DNA of 64,000 bases, taken from Centroscyllium fabricii (Eukaryota). The notes under the pieces are model-generated. The model saw only the letters and a list, made by a program, of their open reading frames with translations, was not told the origin of the DNA and searched no databases. The stretch spans positions 149,916,001 through 149,980,000 of the forward strand of contig JBNRSN020000009.1 of NCBI GenBank assembly GCA_051313645.2, given 5' to 3'. Shown here in pieces: positions 1 through 13,021 of the stretch; positions within the stretch are counted from its first letter, which is position 1; each line of letters begins with the position of its first letter. The position numbers and the translations under genes were made by a program.

Positions 1-558
1 TCTTTATAAACGGGTTTCCAATTTCAGTGTGCTGAGGAAACCGCCATTTGAAGCGCACTGGTCAACACATTAGTTCATCCTAGCCATCTTCACCCTTTGT
101 CTGCAATCACTAGAATCAGGCCCTTTGAGGGCTTGGCTGGCTTCTTCAGCTTTCAAAGCACAGAATTTAATCCCCCTTGGACGTCCCACTGAAAATTTCC
201 TACAAATACCTCATAAAATGTAATTGTTAAAATTAGAGTCAATCCCAACTCTGAGGAACGTTTCAGTTCCGATGATGGTGGAACCATGCTGCCAGGAAGT
301 GAATTACTTCAATTGGATTTCCACAGCACACGATGAAAGAAAATTTGAAAATTCCTGTAACCCAATTCACTCAATCACCTTCTCTAAAGAGAAACAGAAA
401 TCTGAAAACCGCAGAAAAATTCTAACAGGAGCAATATTTCGAGTTTGATCTACACTTAACATGTTCAGTAGTTTTTGCTCTTATTTATTATGCAGCAGGA
501 TATAAAACAGATTTTAAAACTATTGAGCAAGAAAAGGTCAATTGTCCCATCCACCCTA

Positions 559-660
559 CTCCTCCCACAGCCCCTGTACACTCTACCTATCATGGACTCT
601 GCACGCCCATTCAATCTCCTCCCACAGCCCCTGTACACTCTACCTATCATGGACTCTACC
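559..660. repeat. 57-bp tandem duplication
   Basis: CTCCTCCCACAGCCCCTGTACACTCTACCTATCATGGACTCT occurs twice, 57 nt apart. Confidence 0.85.
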
Positions 661-1039
661 TGTCCATTTAATCTGAGTGGACATGTTGCTGTTTGTCTTT
701 AGTGAGAATGACCAGATGGATTGGGTTAAAGCCACCTTCTAATTGTCTCTTTTGACCTAATTAGCAATAGCTCAATAAGTAACCATCAGCATGGCTTTAG
801 AAGGTCAAGATTATCCTTTACTTCTTTTGAGGACATTACAAATAAAATAGATATGGCCTCTCCCTCTGACAGGTTATTTGGATTTTTTAACAGAGCTCTC
901 TCCGAGGCTGGCCACTGTCCAAGAGGGAGTGCTCATTGGAGAGTTGCTCCTAGCAGCGGGATGAAGACCAGCATTGACAAGGAGAAGACTTAGCCGCTTT
1001 TATTTGGAATATGATATCTTGGCACAGAAGCCAGTGAAG

Positions 1040-1510
1040 GGGAGAATGGTTCCAGGGACGAGGGATTTACAATTACGTGGATAGACTGGAGAAGCTGGGG
1101 TTGTTCTCCTTGGAGCAGAGAAGGTTGAGAGGAGATTTGATGGAGGTGTTTAAAATCATGAAGGGTTGAGACAGAGTAAATAAAGAGAAACTGTTTCCAA
1201 TGGCTGAAGGGTCGATAACCAGAGGGCCCAGAGTTAAGGTGATTGGCAAATGAACCAGAGGCGACATGAGAAAAACTTTTTTACACAACGAGTGGTGAGG
1301 ATCTGGAACCCGCTGCCTGATCGGGCGGTGGATACAGATTCAGTCGGAGCCTTCAAAAGGGAATTGGATAAATACATGAAGGAGAAAAAAATCCTGAGAT
1401 GTGGGGAAAGAGCGGGGGAGTGGGACTGACTGGATCGCTCTTCGAAAGAGTTGGCACGGACTCGATGGGCCGAATGGCCTCCTCCTGTGCTGTCCTATTC
1501 TATGATTCTA
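1040..1510 (+). mobile_element. CR1 LINE 3' fragment
   Basis: [21 protein letters not shown]-type coding remnant; ATTCTATG tail. Confidence 0.85.
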
Positions 1511-1724
1511 TAAGCCTTTAATGAGCATTGTCCTATATGAGGCAGGCATGGGCTGATTACAACTGGATTTTTATTCTGTACATCACCATTCAGAACGGCT
1601 TATGGAGATTAAAATCTGAATGGAAAAGAACATCTCGGCCCAGTGCCCACTATAAATATGATACATCACATGGCCGGTCCTGTCACTCAATACCCACACT
1701 TACTGTTTGATTCTACATTACTAT

Positions 1725-2005
1725 CAACAACAACTTGCATTTATAGTGCTTTTCAGGAGCGATTATCAGACAATGTTTGACACTGAGCCACATAAGGACA
1801 TAATAGGCTGGGTGACCAAAAGCTTGGTCAAAGAGGGAGGTTTTAAGGAGCGTCTTAAAGGAGGAGAGAGGTGGAAAGATTTAGGGAGGGAATTCCAGAA
1901 CTTAGGGCCAGGCAGCTGAAGGCACGGCCGCCAATGGTGGAGCGATTAAAATCGGGGATGCGCAATAGGCCAGAATTGGAGGAGCGCAGAGATCTGAGGG
2001 TTACA
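1725..2005 (-). mobile_element. L2-type LINE 3' fragment (similar copy at ~13688-13980)
   Basis: LRSS..GLL..GGRAFS..WNSLP..FKTLLKT remnant; (GTT)n tail. Confidence 0.7.
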
Positions 2006-2007
2006 GG

Positions 2008-4850
2008 TGATGTGCCATCAATGATACAATGTGCCATCAATGAGGTTTAAGAACTTAAAGGAAGGCTTTTAATAACTAAGAACTGTGGTACATGATCCCA
2101 CACAGAGTTCTCCAGGTCTAATGACTCATATCATTCTGGAGTGCTTTATAAGCCAAAAGGCAGGGGCGGAGCCCAATATATACAATAGAAAGGTGGGCGG
2201 TACATACACTCACATTACAGGTAAGTCCAGGTGAAAGCACAGGCTGGTGAACATTTATATATTTCATCACATTCACCCCTTCTAAAGATTTAGTCTGACC
2301 GGGGGTGTGATGGTCTGCCCTGACCTGCGCAACGGTACCTCGGGTTCAGGCTGGGTGTCTGCGGTGCCCTCCTGGGCATGCCCATGTGCTGGGGGTGGTG
2401 AGGGCAGGATGTCGTCACTTCCTGCCGGGGCAAGGTCCTTTATGGACACAGTGTCTTCACGCCCGTTGGTGTGCTTGACCTACGTGTACTGTGGGTTCGA
2501 GTGCAGTAGATGTACCGCCTCCACCAGGGGGTCCGTTTTGTGGCCCCTCACATGCTGCCGTAGTAGGGCAGGTCCTGGGGTAGAGAGCCACGAGGGTAGG
2601 GACACCCCCGAGGTTGATTTGCGGGGGAACGCAAACAATTTCTCGTGAGGGGTGGTATTGGTCGCGGTGCACAGGAGCGACCTGATTGAGTGGAGTACGT
2701 CTGGGAGTACCTCCTGCCAGCGGGGGGTAGGGAGGTCTCTAGACCTTAATGCTAAGGTGACCGCCTTCCACACTGTCGCGTTCTCCCTCTCCACTTGCCC
2801 ATTACCCCGGCAGTTATAACTCGTGATCCGGCTCGTGGCTATCCCTTTTGACAGCAAGTATTGGCGCAGTTTGTCGCTCATAAACGACGCCCCTCTGTCA
2901 GAGTGGATGTAATTTGGCATGCCAAACATGCAAAATAGGCTGCCGAGGCACTTGATGACTGTGGCACTGGTCATGTCTGGGTAGGTGAATGGGAAGCGGG
3001 AGTACTCATCCACAATATTGAGGAAGTACACATTGCGATTGATGGAGGGGAGGGGTCCCTTGAAGTCTAAGCTCAGGCACACGAATGGCCATGTAGCTTT
3101 GATCAGGTGGGCTCGGTCGGGCCTATAAAAACGGGGCTTACATTCCGCGCAGATGCGGCAGTTCCTGGTCATGGACCGGACCTCTTCAATGGAATAGGGC
3201 AGGTTACGGGATTTTATCAGGTGGAATAGCCGGGTGACTCCCGGGTGGCAGAGATCATGGTGGAGGGCCTGTAGCCTGTCTCCCTGGGTGCTGGCACACA
3301 TCCCTCGTGATAGGGCATCGGGGGATTCGTTGTGGGCCCCCGGCCTATGTATAATATCATACTTGAACGTAGAGAGTTCGATCCACCACCTGAGGATTTT
3401 GTCATTTTTGATCTTCCCCCTCTGTTGGCTATTGAACATGAAGGCTACCGACCGCTGGTCGGTAAGCAGGGTGAAGCGTTTTCCGGCTAGGTAGTGCCTC
3501 CAGTGCTGCACTGCCTCCACTATAGCCTGGGCCTCTTTCTCTACCGAAGAGTGCCTGGTCTCGGGTCCTTGGAGGGTTCTTGAGAAAAAGGCCACAGGCC
3601 GCCCACCCTGATTGAGGGTAGCTATAATCTATCACCATCCGCTTCTTTTCGCTTCCCTTGACTAGTACCACCTGGGTGCGCCACGGGCTGGTACTGCATT
3701 CAATAATGCCCTCCCGCCGTAGTCTTTCCACTTCCGTCGCAATGAACCGTCTGTCCTCCCGGCTGTACCGCCTGCTCTTGGTTGCTATGGGGCGACAGTT
3801 TGGTGCGAGATTGGCGAACAGGGAGGGCGGCTTGACCTTTTTTTTTTATTATTATTATTTGTTGATGGGATGTGGGCGTCGCTGGCTGGGCCAGCATTTA
3901 GTGGCCATCGCTAATTGCCCTTGAGAAGATGGTGGTGAGCCGCCTTCTTGAACCGCTGCAGTCCATATGGTGTAGGTACACCCACAATGTTGCGTAGCGG
4001 TTGTTTACAACTGAGTGGCTTGCTAGGCCATTTCAGAGGGCATTAAGAGTCAACCACATTGCTGTGGGTCTGGAGTCACATGTAGGCCAGACCAGGTAAG
4101 GACGGCAGATTTCCTTCCCTAAAGGACATTAGTGAACCAGATGGGTTTTTGCAACAATCGACAATGGTATCATGGTCGCCATTACTAAGACTAACATTTA
4201 ATTCCAGAATTAAATTGAATTGAATTTAAATTCCACCAGCTGCCGTGGTGGGATTTGAACCCATATCCTCAGAGCATTTGACTGAGCCTCTGGCTTACTA
4301 GTCTAGTGACATAACCACTACGCCACCGCCACCTTCAGGGTAGCCAGACCGCACACTGTGAGGGGCGGCTGGGACCCACCGAAGGTAAGCGTGATACTTT
4401 GGTGGTGGCACTGAAAATCCAGACCCAAGATCACGCTCACACAGAGATCTGGCATTACCAACAGTTTGAAGTCTTTATAATCGTTGCCTTTTACTGACAA
4501 CATTACCACGCAAAACACTGTAATATGGGAGGTATGCGTTTTATCCGCCGTGGCGATTTTGCCCTGTGTAGGGACCACCGTCAGTGAAAGTCGCTTCACC
4601 AGGCTGGGATGGATGAAGCTTTTGGTGCTCCCGCAGTCAATCAGGCATTTGACATTGTTCCCGTTGACTCTCATGTCCATCATCGATTTAGACAACGGGT
4701 GTGGCCAGGACTGTTCCACCGTGATCGAGGCCACCAACAGGTCCTGGGGGTCCATGGAGTTGGGACAAGATGGCGTCCAAGCTGGACATAGCGCGGTCGC
4801 TAGATATGGCCCAGAGGAACGCTGAGTCTTATTCCTCAGGCCACGCGGCC
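2008..4850 (-). mobile_element. Truncated, internally deleted Gypsy (Mag-like) element A: 3' LTR 2008-2271, PPT, RNaseH-integrase, RT and protease remnants
   Basis: ORF 2480-3595 has RNaseH (EKEAQAIVEA, FTLLTDQ), HHCC and DDE integrase motifs. Protease LIDCGS lies in 4318-4977. PPT AGAAGGGGTGAA abuts a TG..CA LTR. A LINE/SINE fragment interrupts at ~3839-4326. No 5' LTR found. Confidence 0.85.
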
Positions 4851-5493
4851 CACCCGCGTCAGCGAGCACAGGGGTGATGGGTGAACGGGACTTGCTGCGA
4901 GTTAGGACACGGGCAGCAGAAATGTGGATATGCTCTCTGCCCCTACAAAGAGGCCAGCCCCTCGTGAGATTGTACACAGTTTAGTTGAGAAGATCATGTG
5001 CAGAATCAAGCCCTCTGCCCTCAGAGGACTTGCCTCTGAACCGGTTCAGCTTTCCGGAGCTCCCAATTCAACACTACAGTCATACAGGCAAGGAGTTACT
5101 GTGGCACCAGTCTCAGACTGTCTTAAGGTAGCAACTCTCAGGGCAATGTTTGTGGTGCTATGATTTGCTAGAGCCTCAAGCACAAAATCCAGGCTGGCAC
5201 TCCCAGTGCAGTACTGATGGGGCGCTGCACTGTCAGAGGAGGTACTGTCTTTTAGATGATATTTTAAACTGAGATCCCGTCTGCCGTCTTATGTGGATGT
5301 AATGAATCCCACAGCACTATTTTGAAGATGATATGGGGAATTCTCCCTGGTGTCCTGGCCAATACTTTTCCCTCAGTCAACATCACTAAAAATAAGATTA
5401 TCTGATCATTATCATGTTGCTATTTGTGGGAGCTTGTTGTGTGCAAATTGGCTGCTGCGTTTCCTACATTACAACAGTGACTACACTTCAAAA

Positions 5494-6480
5494 GTCGTCT
5501 TCTTCTTAGGCAGTCCCTCGGGAACTGAGGATGACTTGCTTCCACATTAAAAATGAGTTCTCAGGTGACTGATGAGTCCAATGCGGGACCTACAGTCTCT
5601 GTCACAGGTGGGGCAGACGGTGATTGAAGGGGTGGGTGGGTGGGGTGCTTGGGTTGATGTGCGCTCCTTGTGCTGCCTGCGCTTGGCTTCCGCTTGCTCC
5701 CGGCGAAGAGACTCAAGGTGTTTGGCGGATGCTTCTCCTCCACTTTGTGCGGTCTTGGGCCAGGGATTCCCAGGTGTCAGTGGGAATGTTGCACTTTTTC
5801 AAGGAAACACAGAAACACAGAAGATAGGAGCGGGAGTAGGCCATTCAGCCCTTCGAGCCTGCTCTGCCATTTTGATGAGATCATGGCTGATCATCCAAAC
5901 CCAGCACCCCCCTCCTACCTTCTCCCCATATCTCCCGACACCTCCAACTCTAAGAACTATATCTCACACACATACTCATGGGCAATTTTTAGTATCTCCA
6001 ATTCACCTAACCTGCATGTCTTTGGGTGGTGGGAGGAAACCGGAGGAAAACCACACGAACACGGGGAGAACATGCAAACTCCACGCAGAGGTGTCCCGGG
6101 CCAAGCAGGATTCGAACCCAGGAGCTCCTTATTGCGAGGCAGCAGTGCTAAGCACTGCGCCACCGTGTCGTCCGAAGGAGGCTTAGAGGGTGTCCTTGAA
6201 GCATTTCCTCTGCCCACTTGGGTCTCTCTTGCCGTGTCGGAGCTCCGAGTAGAGCACTTGTTTTGGGAGTCTCGTATCAGGCATGCGGATGATGTGACCC
6301 ATCCATCGGAGCTGATTGCATGGTCAAAGCTTCAATGCTGGAGATGTTGGCCTGAGCTAGAACACTGCCGTTGGTGTGCCTATCCTGCCAATGGATTTTC
6401 AGGATTTTGCGGAGGCAGCGTTGGTGGTACCTCTCCAGTGTTTGAGGTGCCTGCCGTATATGGTCCATGTCTCTGAGGCA
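5494..6480 (-). mobile_element. RTE-clade LINE 3' fragment (interrupted by a SINE); same 3' end again at ~63920-64000
   Basis: LERYHQRCLRKILKIHWQD..TN..VL is a typical RTE C-terminus; (GAA)n tail. Confidence 0.8.
5804..6169 (-). mobile_element. tRNA-derived V-type/HE1-like SINE with CR1-derived tail
   Basis: A/B-box head (GGTGGCGCAGTG..GGTTCGAATCC), GGAGTTTGCATGTTCTCCCCGTG core, CR1 3' tail. Confidence 0.85.
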
Positions 6481-6784
6481 CACTTCAAAGGTTTTTCATC
6501 GGCTGTAAAGCTCCTTTGGGATGTCCTGAGGTCATGAAAAGTACGATAGAAATACTGATATAAATAGTCCTTCTCTTCTTTCTTTCTCAGCGTTCTCAGG
6601 TTAGCCAGGAGTTAAAATCAACGAGAGTTTTGACTTTTACCCTATGTGTGTGTATATTTGATTATTGGGTGAGTTTAAAAAAAAATTAATTCCTGGGAAG
6701 TGGGTGGCGCTGTGGCTGCCACAGTGCTGTTAGGGAGGGAGTTCCAGGAGTTTGATCCAGCGACGAAGAAGGAATGGCGATATA

Positions 6785-7346
6785 GAGGCTGAGCACCGGT
6801 AATCCATTACCCGAAACGCCGGCAAGTTCAATATTCCGGAACAAATTGCCCCGACTGCCCTGCGCATGCGCAAAATGGCAGCTGGGATCAAGGCTTCGGC
6901 GAATGATCTGTGCATGCGGCGCCAAACGGCGAGCGCATGCGCAGATCATTCAAAACGGCTGCCGGATGTTTTGAATGATCTGCACACGCGCTGCCGGACG
7001 GCGAGCGCATGCGCAGATCATTCAAAACGGCCGCCGGACGAGCCGGGCCTTCTGTGGCGTCAGGGCACGGCGGCTTGCGCCGCGTTTTGAACGTGCGAGT
7101 CCCGAGCGCCTGCCATGGTGAAGTGCCCGGTTCCCCGGAGCAGCCCGCTGGCCGTCATCAGAAGGCACAAACCGCAGCTGAGACTCAACAAGGACGTTCG
7201 GCAGCCATTTCCAATGTTGTGCGCATGCACGCGGCCATTTTGAATGGTACGCGCATGCGCATCTGACCGACTTCATTCTACTGGTTTTTTCACTTTCCCG
7301 GCACGGGCCTGGTCCCGCCCGTGCCGGATTACCGGTGCTGAACCTG
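6785..7346. mobile_element. Tc1/mariner(pogo/Tigger)-type MITE, ~21-bp imperfect TIRs, TA TSD
   Basis: TA|GAGGCTGAGCACCGGTAATCC ... GGATTACCGGTGCTGAACCTG|TA; the host LINE sequence is continuous on both sides. Confidence 0.8.
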
Positions 7347-7563
7347 TATTTCCAAATCAGGATGGTGTGGGACTTGGAGGGTAATTGGAGGTGGTGGTGT
7401 TCCCATGCGCCTGCTGCCCTTGTCCTTCTAGGTGGTAGAGGTCGCGGGTTTGGGAGGTGCTGCCGAAGAAGCCTTGGCGAGTTTCTGCAGTGCACAGAGC
7501 TTGGTGATTCACTGTCGAGCTCGCCCATGAAAAGTGACATCTGGGGTGAGCTACCAGAGAGTG

Positions 7564-8205
7564 GTTCAAGATTCAAGATAATTTTATTGCCATGTGTAAC
7601 TCGTACAATGGAATGCTTACTCCCCATTCACTCCCACAATTATAAATGTAGAAAAGCAAAAAGTAAAAAGTGAAAAAAAAACAAGTATAAATATAGAAAA
7701 AATAATAATCAAATAAACAAATAAGTAACGAGTGCAGTTAGCAGTTCAGTAGGCGCACTGCCTGTGGGTAGAAACTGTTTTTGAACTTGCTGGTCCTGGT
7801 TCGGATGCTGCAGTACCGACGGCCGGACCGCAGGAGGGAGAACAGATCATGCCCAGGGTGATTGGGGTCCTTGATGATGGAGCGGGCCTTGTTCCAACAT
7901 CTGGTCTGGAAGATCTCCTCGATGGATGGAAGTGCACACCCGATAATTTTTTCTGTCGTCCTCACGACCCTCTGAATGGCTTTCCTGTCCTGAGCAGTGG
8001 TGTTGCCATACCACACAGTGACGCCACCCGACAAGACGCTCTCTATGGTGCCGCGGTAAAAGTTCACAAGCCATTGTGTGATTATGCCGCATTTCCTCAG
8101 GCACCGTAGAGGTTAGAGGCACTGGTGTGCCTTCTTCAGCATTGCCTCGGTGTTATAGTTCCAAGTCAGATCGTCAGAGATCTGCAGACCTAGGATGGTT
8201 GGTAC
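7564..8205 (-). mobile_element. Rex1/Babar LINE 3' fragment
   Basis: NFYRGTIESVL..WYGN..HPGH..SGRRY..NSFYPQAVRLLN; tail of TCTTGAA repeats. Confidence 0.88.
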
Positions 8206-9145
8206 CTGTGAAACCTCAGCAAGAATTAGCACCGTCGGGAGAGAATGGGGAGAAAAACAGGCAAAGGACAAAGAAAAAAGAAACCAGATTTGGATGTATC
8301 GGAGCAACAAACAGTGAACCAAACAGAGTGCTGAAAGGATTCCAGTAAACGGATCCATTATTCCCGCGCAGGCACCCTCTCATTTTTCAAAGACTGTTTA
8401 TTGTTCGAAGCAGATTTTATTTTTTCTTTAAAAGATATCTTTATTTGGAGAATCCAGACTCTCCTTGTCTGCATTCGAAATCGGAATCGGGCAAAGATCT
8501 GATGTCGGAGATTGTTCTCACACGAGCTGTACAAGGTAACTGTAACTGGCTCTTTCAGAAGGACGCCTTTCACTGTGACTCATTGAAAGGTTTAAACGCA
8601 GGCTTCTAAAACCCTTGAGGTAGGATCCATCTGCTGGAAACCCAATCTGGTAATTATACTTCAGTAAACCATGTTTCATGATGTGATTTAAGTGGATTAG
8701 AATCTGGGAGAATTTAACGCTCAATGCAGTAGCACTCACCAAGCAATGGGGAAAAAATTGCTTCATTTATAGACTCACCGTGTAAAATTCCAGGGCCAGC
8801 CCATGATAATGCAGCTAGGACACTCAACCACAGTAAAAAAAATATTTGCATTTATATAGTACCTTTAATGTAGCAAAATATCCCAAAGCGCTTCACAGCT
8901 AATGAAGTACATTTTGAAATGCAGTCACTGTTGTAATGTAGGGAAGCGGTAGCCAATTTGCGCACAGCAAGATTCCACAAACAGCAATGAGATAATGACT
9001 AGATAATCTGTTTTAATGACGTCGGTTGAGGGATAAATACTGGACCAGGACACTGGGGAGAACTCCCCTGCTCTCCTTCAAAATAGTGTCATGGGATCTT
9101 TTATGTTCACTGAGGGGTTTAATGTCTCATCAGAAAAATGGCACG

Positions 9146-9930
9146 TCCGACAGTGCGGCGCTCCCTCAGTACTGCCCCTCCGACAGTGCGGCCGTCCCTC
9201 AGTACTGCCCCTCCGACAGTGCGGTGCTCCCTCAGTACTGCCCCTACGACAGTGCAGCGCTCCCTCAGTACCACCCCTCCGACAGTGCGGAGCTCCCTCA
9301 GTACTGCCCCTCCGACAGTGCGGCGCTCCCTCAGTACTGCTCCTCCGACAGTGCGGCACTCCCTCAGTACTGCCCCTTCGACAGTGCTGCGCTCCCTCAG
9401 CACTGCCCCTCTGTCAGTACAGCGCTCCCTCGGTACTGCCCCTCTGACAGTGCGGCGCACCCTCAGTACTGCCTCTCCGACAGTGCAGCGCTCCCTCAGT
9501 ACTGCCTCTCCGACAGTGCGGTGCTCCCACAGTACTGCCCCTCCGACAGTGCGGTGCTCCCTCAGTACTGCCCCTCCGACAGTGCGGCGCTCCCTCAGTA
9601 CTGCTCCTCCGACAGTGCAGTACTCCCTCAGTACTGCCCCCCCAACAGTGCGGCGCTCCCTCAGTACTGCTCCTCCGACAGTGCAGTACTCCCACAGTAC
9701 TGCCCCCCCAACAGTGCGGCGCTCCCTCAGTACTGCCCCTCCGACAGTGCGGCGCTCCCTCAGTACTGCTCCTCCAACAGTGCAGTACTCCCTCAGTACT
9801 GCCCCCCCAACAGTGTGGCACTCCCTCAGTACTGCCTCTCCGACAGTGTGGCACTCCCTCAGTACTGCCCCTCCGGCACTCCCTCAGTACTGCCCCTCCG
9901 ACAATATGGTGCTCCCTCAGTACTGCCCTG
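9146..9930. repeat. 33-bp minisatellite (CCCTCCGACAGTGCGGCGCTCCCTCAGTACTGC, ~24 copies) expanded inside a DeuSINE
   Basis: Tandem unit visible directly; it matches the single-copy segment in other DeuSINE copies. Confidence 0.95.
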
Positions 9931-10629
9931 GAGTGTCAGTCTTGATTTTTGTGCTCAAAATCTCTGGAGCGGGACCTGAACCCAGAACCTTCTGACTCAG
10001 AGTGGCATGTAAATGTTTAACATCGTGGGAGAATGCTGATGGTTTTTTTAAAATTGAGAAGCTTAAGTGGAGAGTCTAGGCAAATCACAAGGGACATCAG
10101 AATGGTTGAAAAGGAGAGAAGTTTGGATAAATCAAGAAATAATGCTTGGTCGACACCAAGATTTGGGTTTTTAGTTTGGAGAAGGGAGGGAACACTGAGG
10201 GAGGCAGGGAGTCCCATAGTTTTGTGATCATTGAAGGATTTGGAACAGGGAATGCTGGAATAAATCTGGTTTTCTGGACGTAGGGAGGAATAAGAACTTG
10301 TGGGCTCGGAACAGGAGGCCATTCAGCCCCTCAAACCATTCCGCCATTCAACGAGATCATGGTGGCTGATCTGTATCTCAACTCCAGCTATACGCCTTGG
10401 TTCTGTAGCCCTTATACAGTTGATGTATTGTAAAACGGAGGTGGATCAAGAGGAGGATATTCAGAGGAACACTGACCATCAACGCATCAATAATACAAAG
10501 ATGAGAAAGATTGTGATGAAGAGAGGGTGGTGATGGAGAGAGTGGAGGCTAGGCATAAGAGAACAATCGGTGACCAGAGAACAAGTTATTCCTTGCATCC
10601 TGTCCGGGAATGTACAAGAGGTGTTGCAG

Positions 10630-11130
10630 AACCTGCATTGGAGGCAGTTCAGAGAAGGTTCACGAGGTTGATTCCTGAGATGAAGGGGTTGAGCAGGTTG
10701 GGCCGATACTCATTGGAGTTTAGAAAAATGAGAAGGGATCTTATTGGAACGTATAAGATTCTGAGGGGGCTTGACAGGGAAGATGCTGAGACGATTTTTC
10801 CCCTCGTGGGGGAATCGAGAACTAGGGGCCATAGTTTCAGAATAAGGGGGTACCCTTTTAAAACAGAGATGAGGAGGAATTTCTTCTCTCAGAGGGTCAT
10901 GAAACTTTGGAATTCTCTACCCCAGAGAGCTGTGGAGGAGGAGTCAGTGAATATATTCAAGACAGAGATTGACAGATTTTTGAACGATCGGGGAGTCAAG
11001 ACTTATGGGGAGCGGGCAGGGAAGTGGGGTTGAGGCCGAGGCCAGATCAGCCCTGATCTTATTGAATGGCGGAGCAGGTTTGAGGGGCCGAATGGCCTAC
11101 TCCTGCTCCTATTTCTTATGTTCTTATGTA
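10630..11130 (+). mobile_element. CR1 LINE 3' fragment
   Basis: ALEAVQRRFTRLIP..TRGHS..NFFSQRV..WNSLP; TTCTTATG tail. Confidence 0.9.
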
Positions 11131-13021
11131 GAAGATGTCCCTGATATGGGAGCTTGGGCTTGTTATGTGTTATGCATGGATGTACTTACAATGCAGGATT
11201 GGCACGATAACATCATTACTACAGTGATGGAATAGAGTGGAGGTGGGGAGGCGCTTTTCTGTGGTTTTTAAGTTTTAGGAAACTAATAAATAATGTCAAT
11301 GCATATTGCTGGCAAAGTCTGCTGTTCATTATGTGCTGCCCAGGGACTGTAGATCACCATTAGCAGAGAAGCCAAATTGCTGCACTGACAGCTGTATTTT
11401 TAGCATTTTGAAAAAACTAATAAATAAAATTGGTTTTTTTGGGTTCTTGCAGAGAGCAGAGATCATTTTCTGACTCCCAGCTCAGGGTTTTACATTGCGA
11501 TGTGCTACATCACCAGCGAAGGCATCATCAGTTCTCCAAAGCGAATGTTTCAAAGGGCTGGTGTGAAAATATGCTGAAATACAAATTATTGGGTCTGGCT
11601 GGGTGAACGGGAAAGGGCTGAGAGAGGAATCAGCGCACCGAGTTCCTGATCTCGCCCGAGTCACCGTGAGCAGGGACTTGGCTTCAGCTCGCCAACCCTC
11701 CAAGACTGCTCTGGAGTCTCCTGGAATTAAAGTTTAATCACTGTCGCAAGCAAAACCCGGGAGAAAAACCATAAGGGAATTTTTTTAAATGTGGTTTTAT
11801 TAATTTTCTTTGAACACTTATGTTTATTAGTTATAAAAATATTGGAGATGTCGGACGACCAAAGGCAGGATTGCGGGGACGGGCAGTTGGCGGTTGGGGG
11901 TCATGTGATGAAACCTCCGGGAATATACCCAACCAGAATTAAGTACTTTTGAACAGTGCTGCACTGTCGGAGGTGCTGTCTTTCGGATGAGACGTGAAAC
12001 CGAGGCCACACTTGCTCTCTCGGGTGAATGTAAAAGGTCCCACGACCACTAATTCAAAGAAGAGTTCTCCCCGGTGTCCTGTGGCCAATATTTATCCCTC
12101 AACCAATATCAGTAAAATGGATTATCACATTGCTGTTTGTGGGAGCTTGCTGTGCACAAATTGGCTGCTGCATTTCCTACATTACAACAGTGACCACACT
12201 TCAAAACTACTTCATTGGCTGTAAAGCGCTTTGGGACGTCCTGAGGTCGGGAAAGGCACTATAGAAATGCAAGTCTTTCTTTTTGTCAGTGCTGGTGGAT
12301 CAGTGTCCCTGCACCTTGAGGATAATATTAATAAAAGGATATTGTGGTACAGTGCAGAGCCAGTCAGAGGTAAAGTGACCTGTGTAATCTCCCTTGCAGG
12401 TTAACAGGCCAGGGCTGATGGAGGAGGGCCAACCTGTAATCTGCAGGTCAGTCAGTTCAAAAGAATTCAAAGGGGACAGACTGCTGGTAGACAATAGCTG
12501 GACATGCAGTGACACGGGAACCAGGCAGGAAGGGAAATAAGGAAAGCAAACAGCCGCCTCTCTCTCAATTGTCTGGAAACCTCATTACTTATAAATACCT
12601 TCACGTTCACACAGTTATTCCGGATCTGGCTCCTGCTCCCTTTCCAGAGCCACAGTGCCAGGGGGCACAGGGATTTGAGAAGGAGGGAAAAATGGTGGTT
12701 TATTAAAGCCCATTCAGAGAGCGGAATGAGCTTCCTTGCGACCAGTAAAGCCCAGCATGGGGTGATCATTAGCATCCACATGCCAGCAAGTAATGAAATA
12801 CACCCCTGCGATGCCGAATCTGTGCAGCACTCTGGTCCCCGATTTAACTCATTGCCTCTAATAGGCGGATCCACCATTAGCAAACGCAATCCGAGCCCTT
12901 CAAATTATTTAATACCGCAGTGGTGACTCAGGCAGTCTCAGCCCGCGCATGGTGATTGCAGGAGAGAGCTTTTCTTATACTTTATCCTCAGCGCTACCCA
13001 CTGTAGACAGCCTGCAATAGA

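Noticed and set aside
5566-5597. CTGATGAGTCC...GGAC resembling a hammerhead
   Set aside because: Lacks GAAA after stem II; better explained as a stem-loop in an RTE 3' end.
8502-8535. ATGTCGGAG...CAAG|gtaact as a possible MFRP first exon
   Set aside because: Only faint similarity and no supporting downstream exons found.
9026-9995. Long ORFs of 317 and 285 aa
   Set aside because: Products of the 33-bp SINE-derived repeat, open in several frames; no sign of a real gene.
11453-11577. AG-flanked open stretches that could be exons (also 12400-12446 and 20020-20072)
   Set aside because: Plausible splice sites but translations match no domain I recognise.
11725-11945. Possible DNA-transposon remnant (GCCAACCCTCC..GGAGTCTCC)
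   Set aside because: No matching TIR pair or TSD could be defined.
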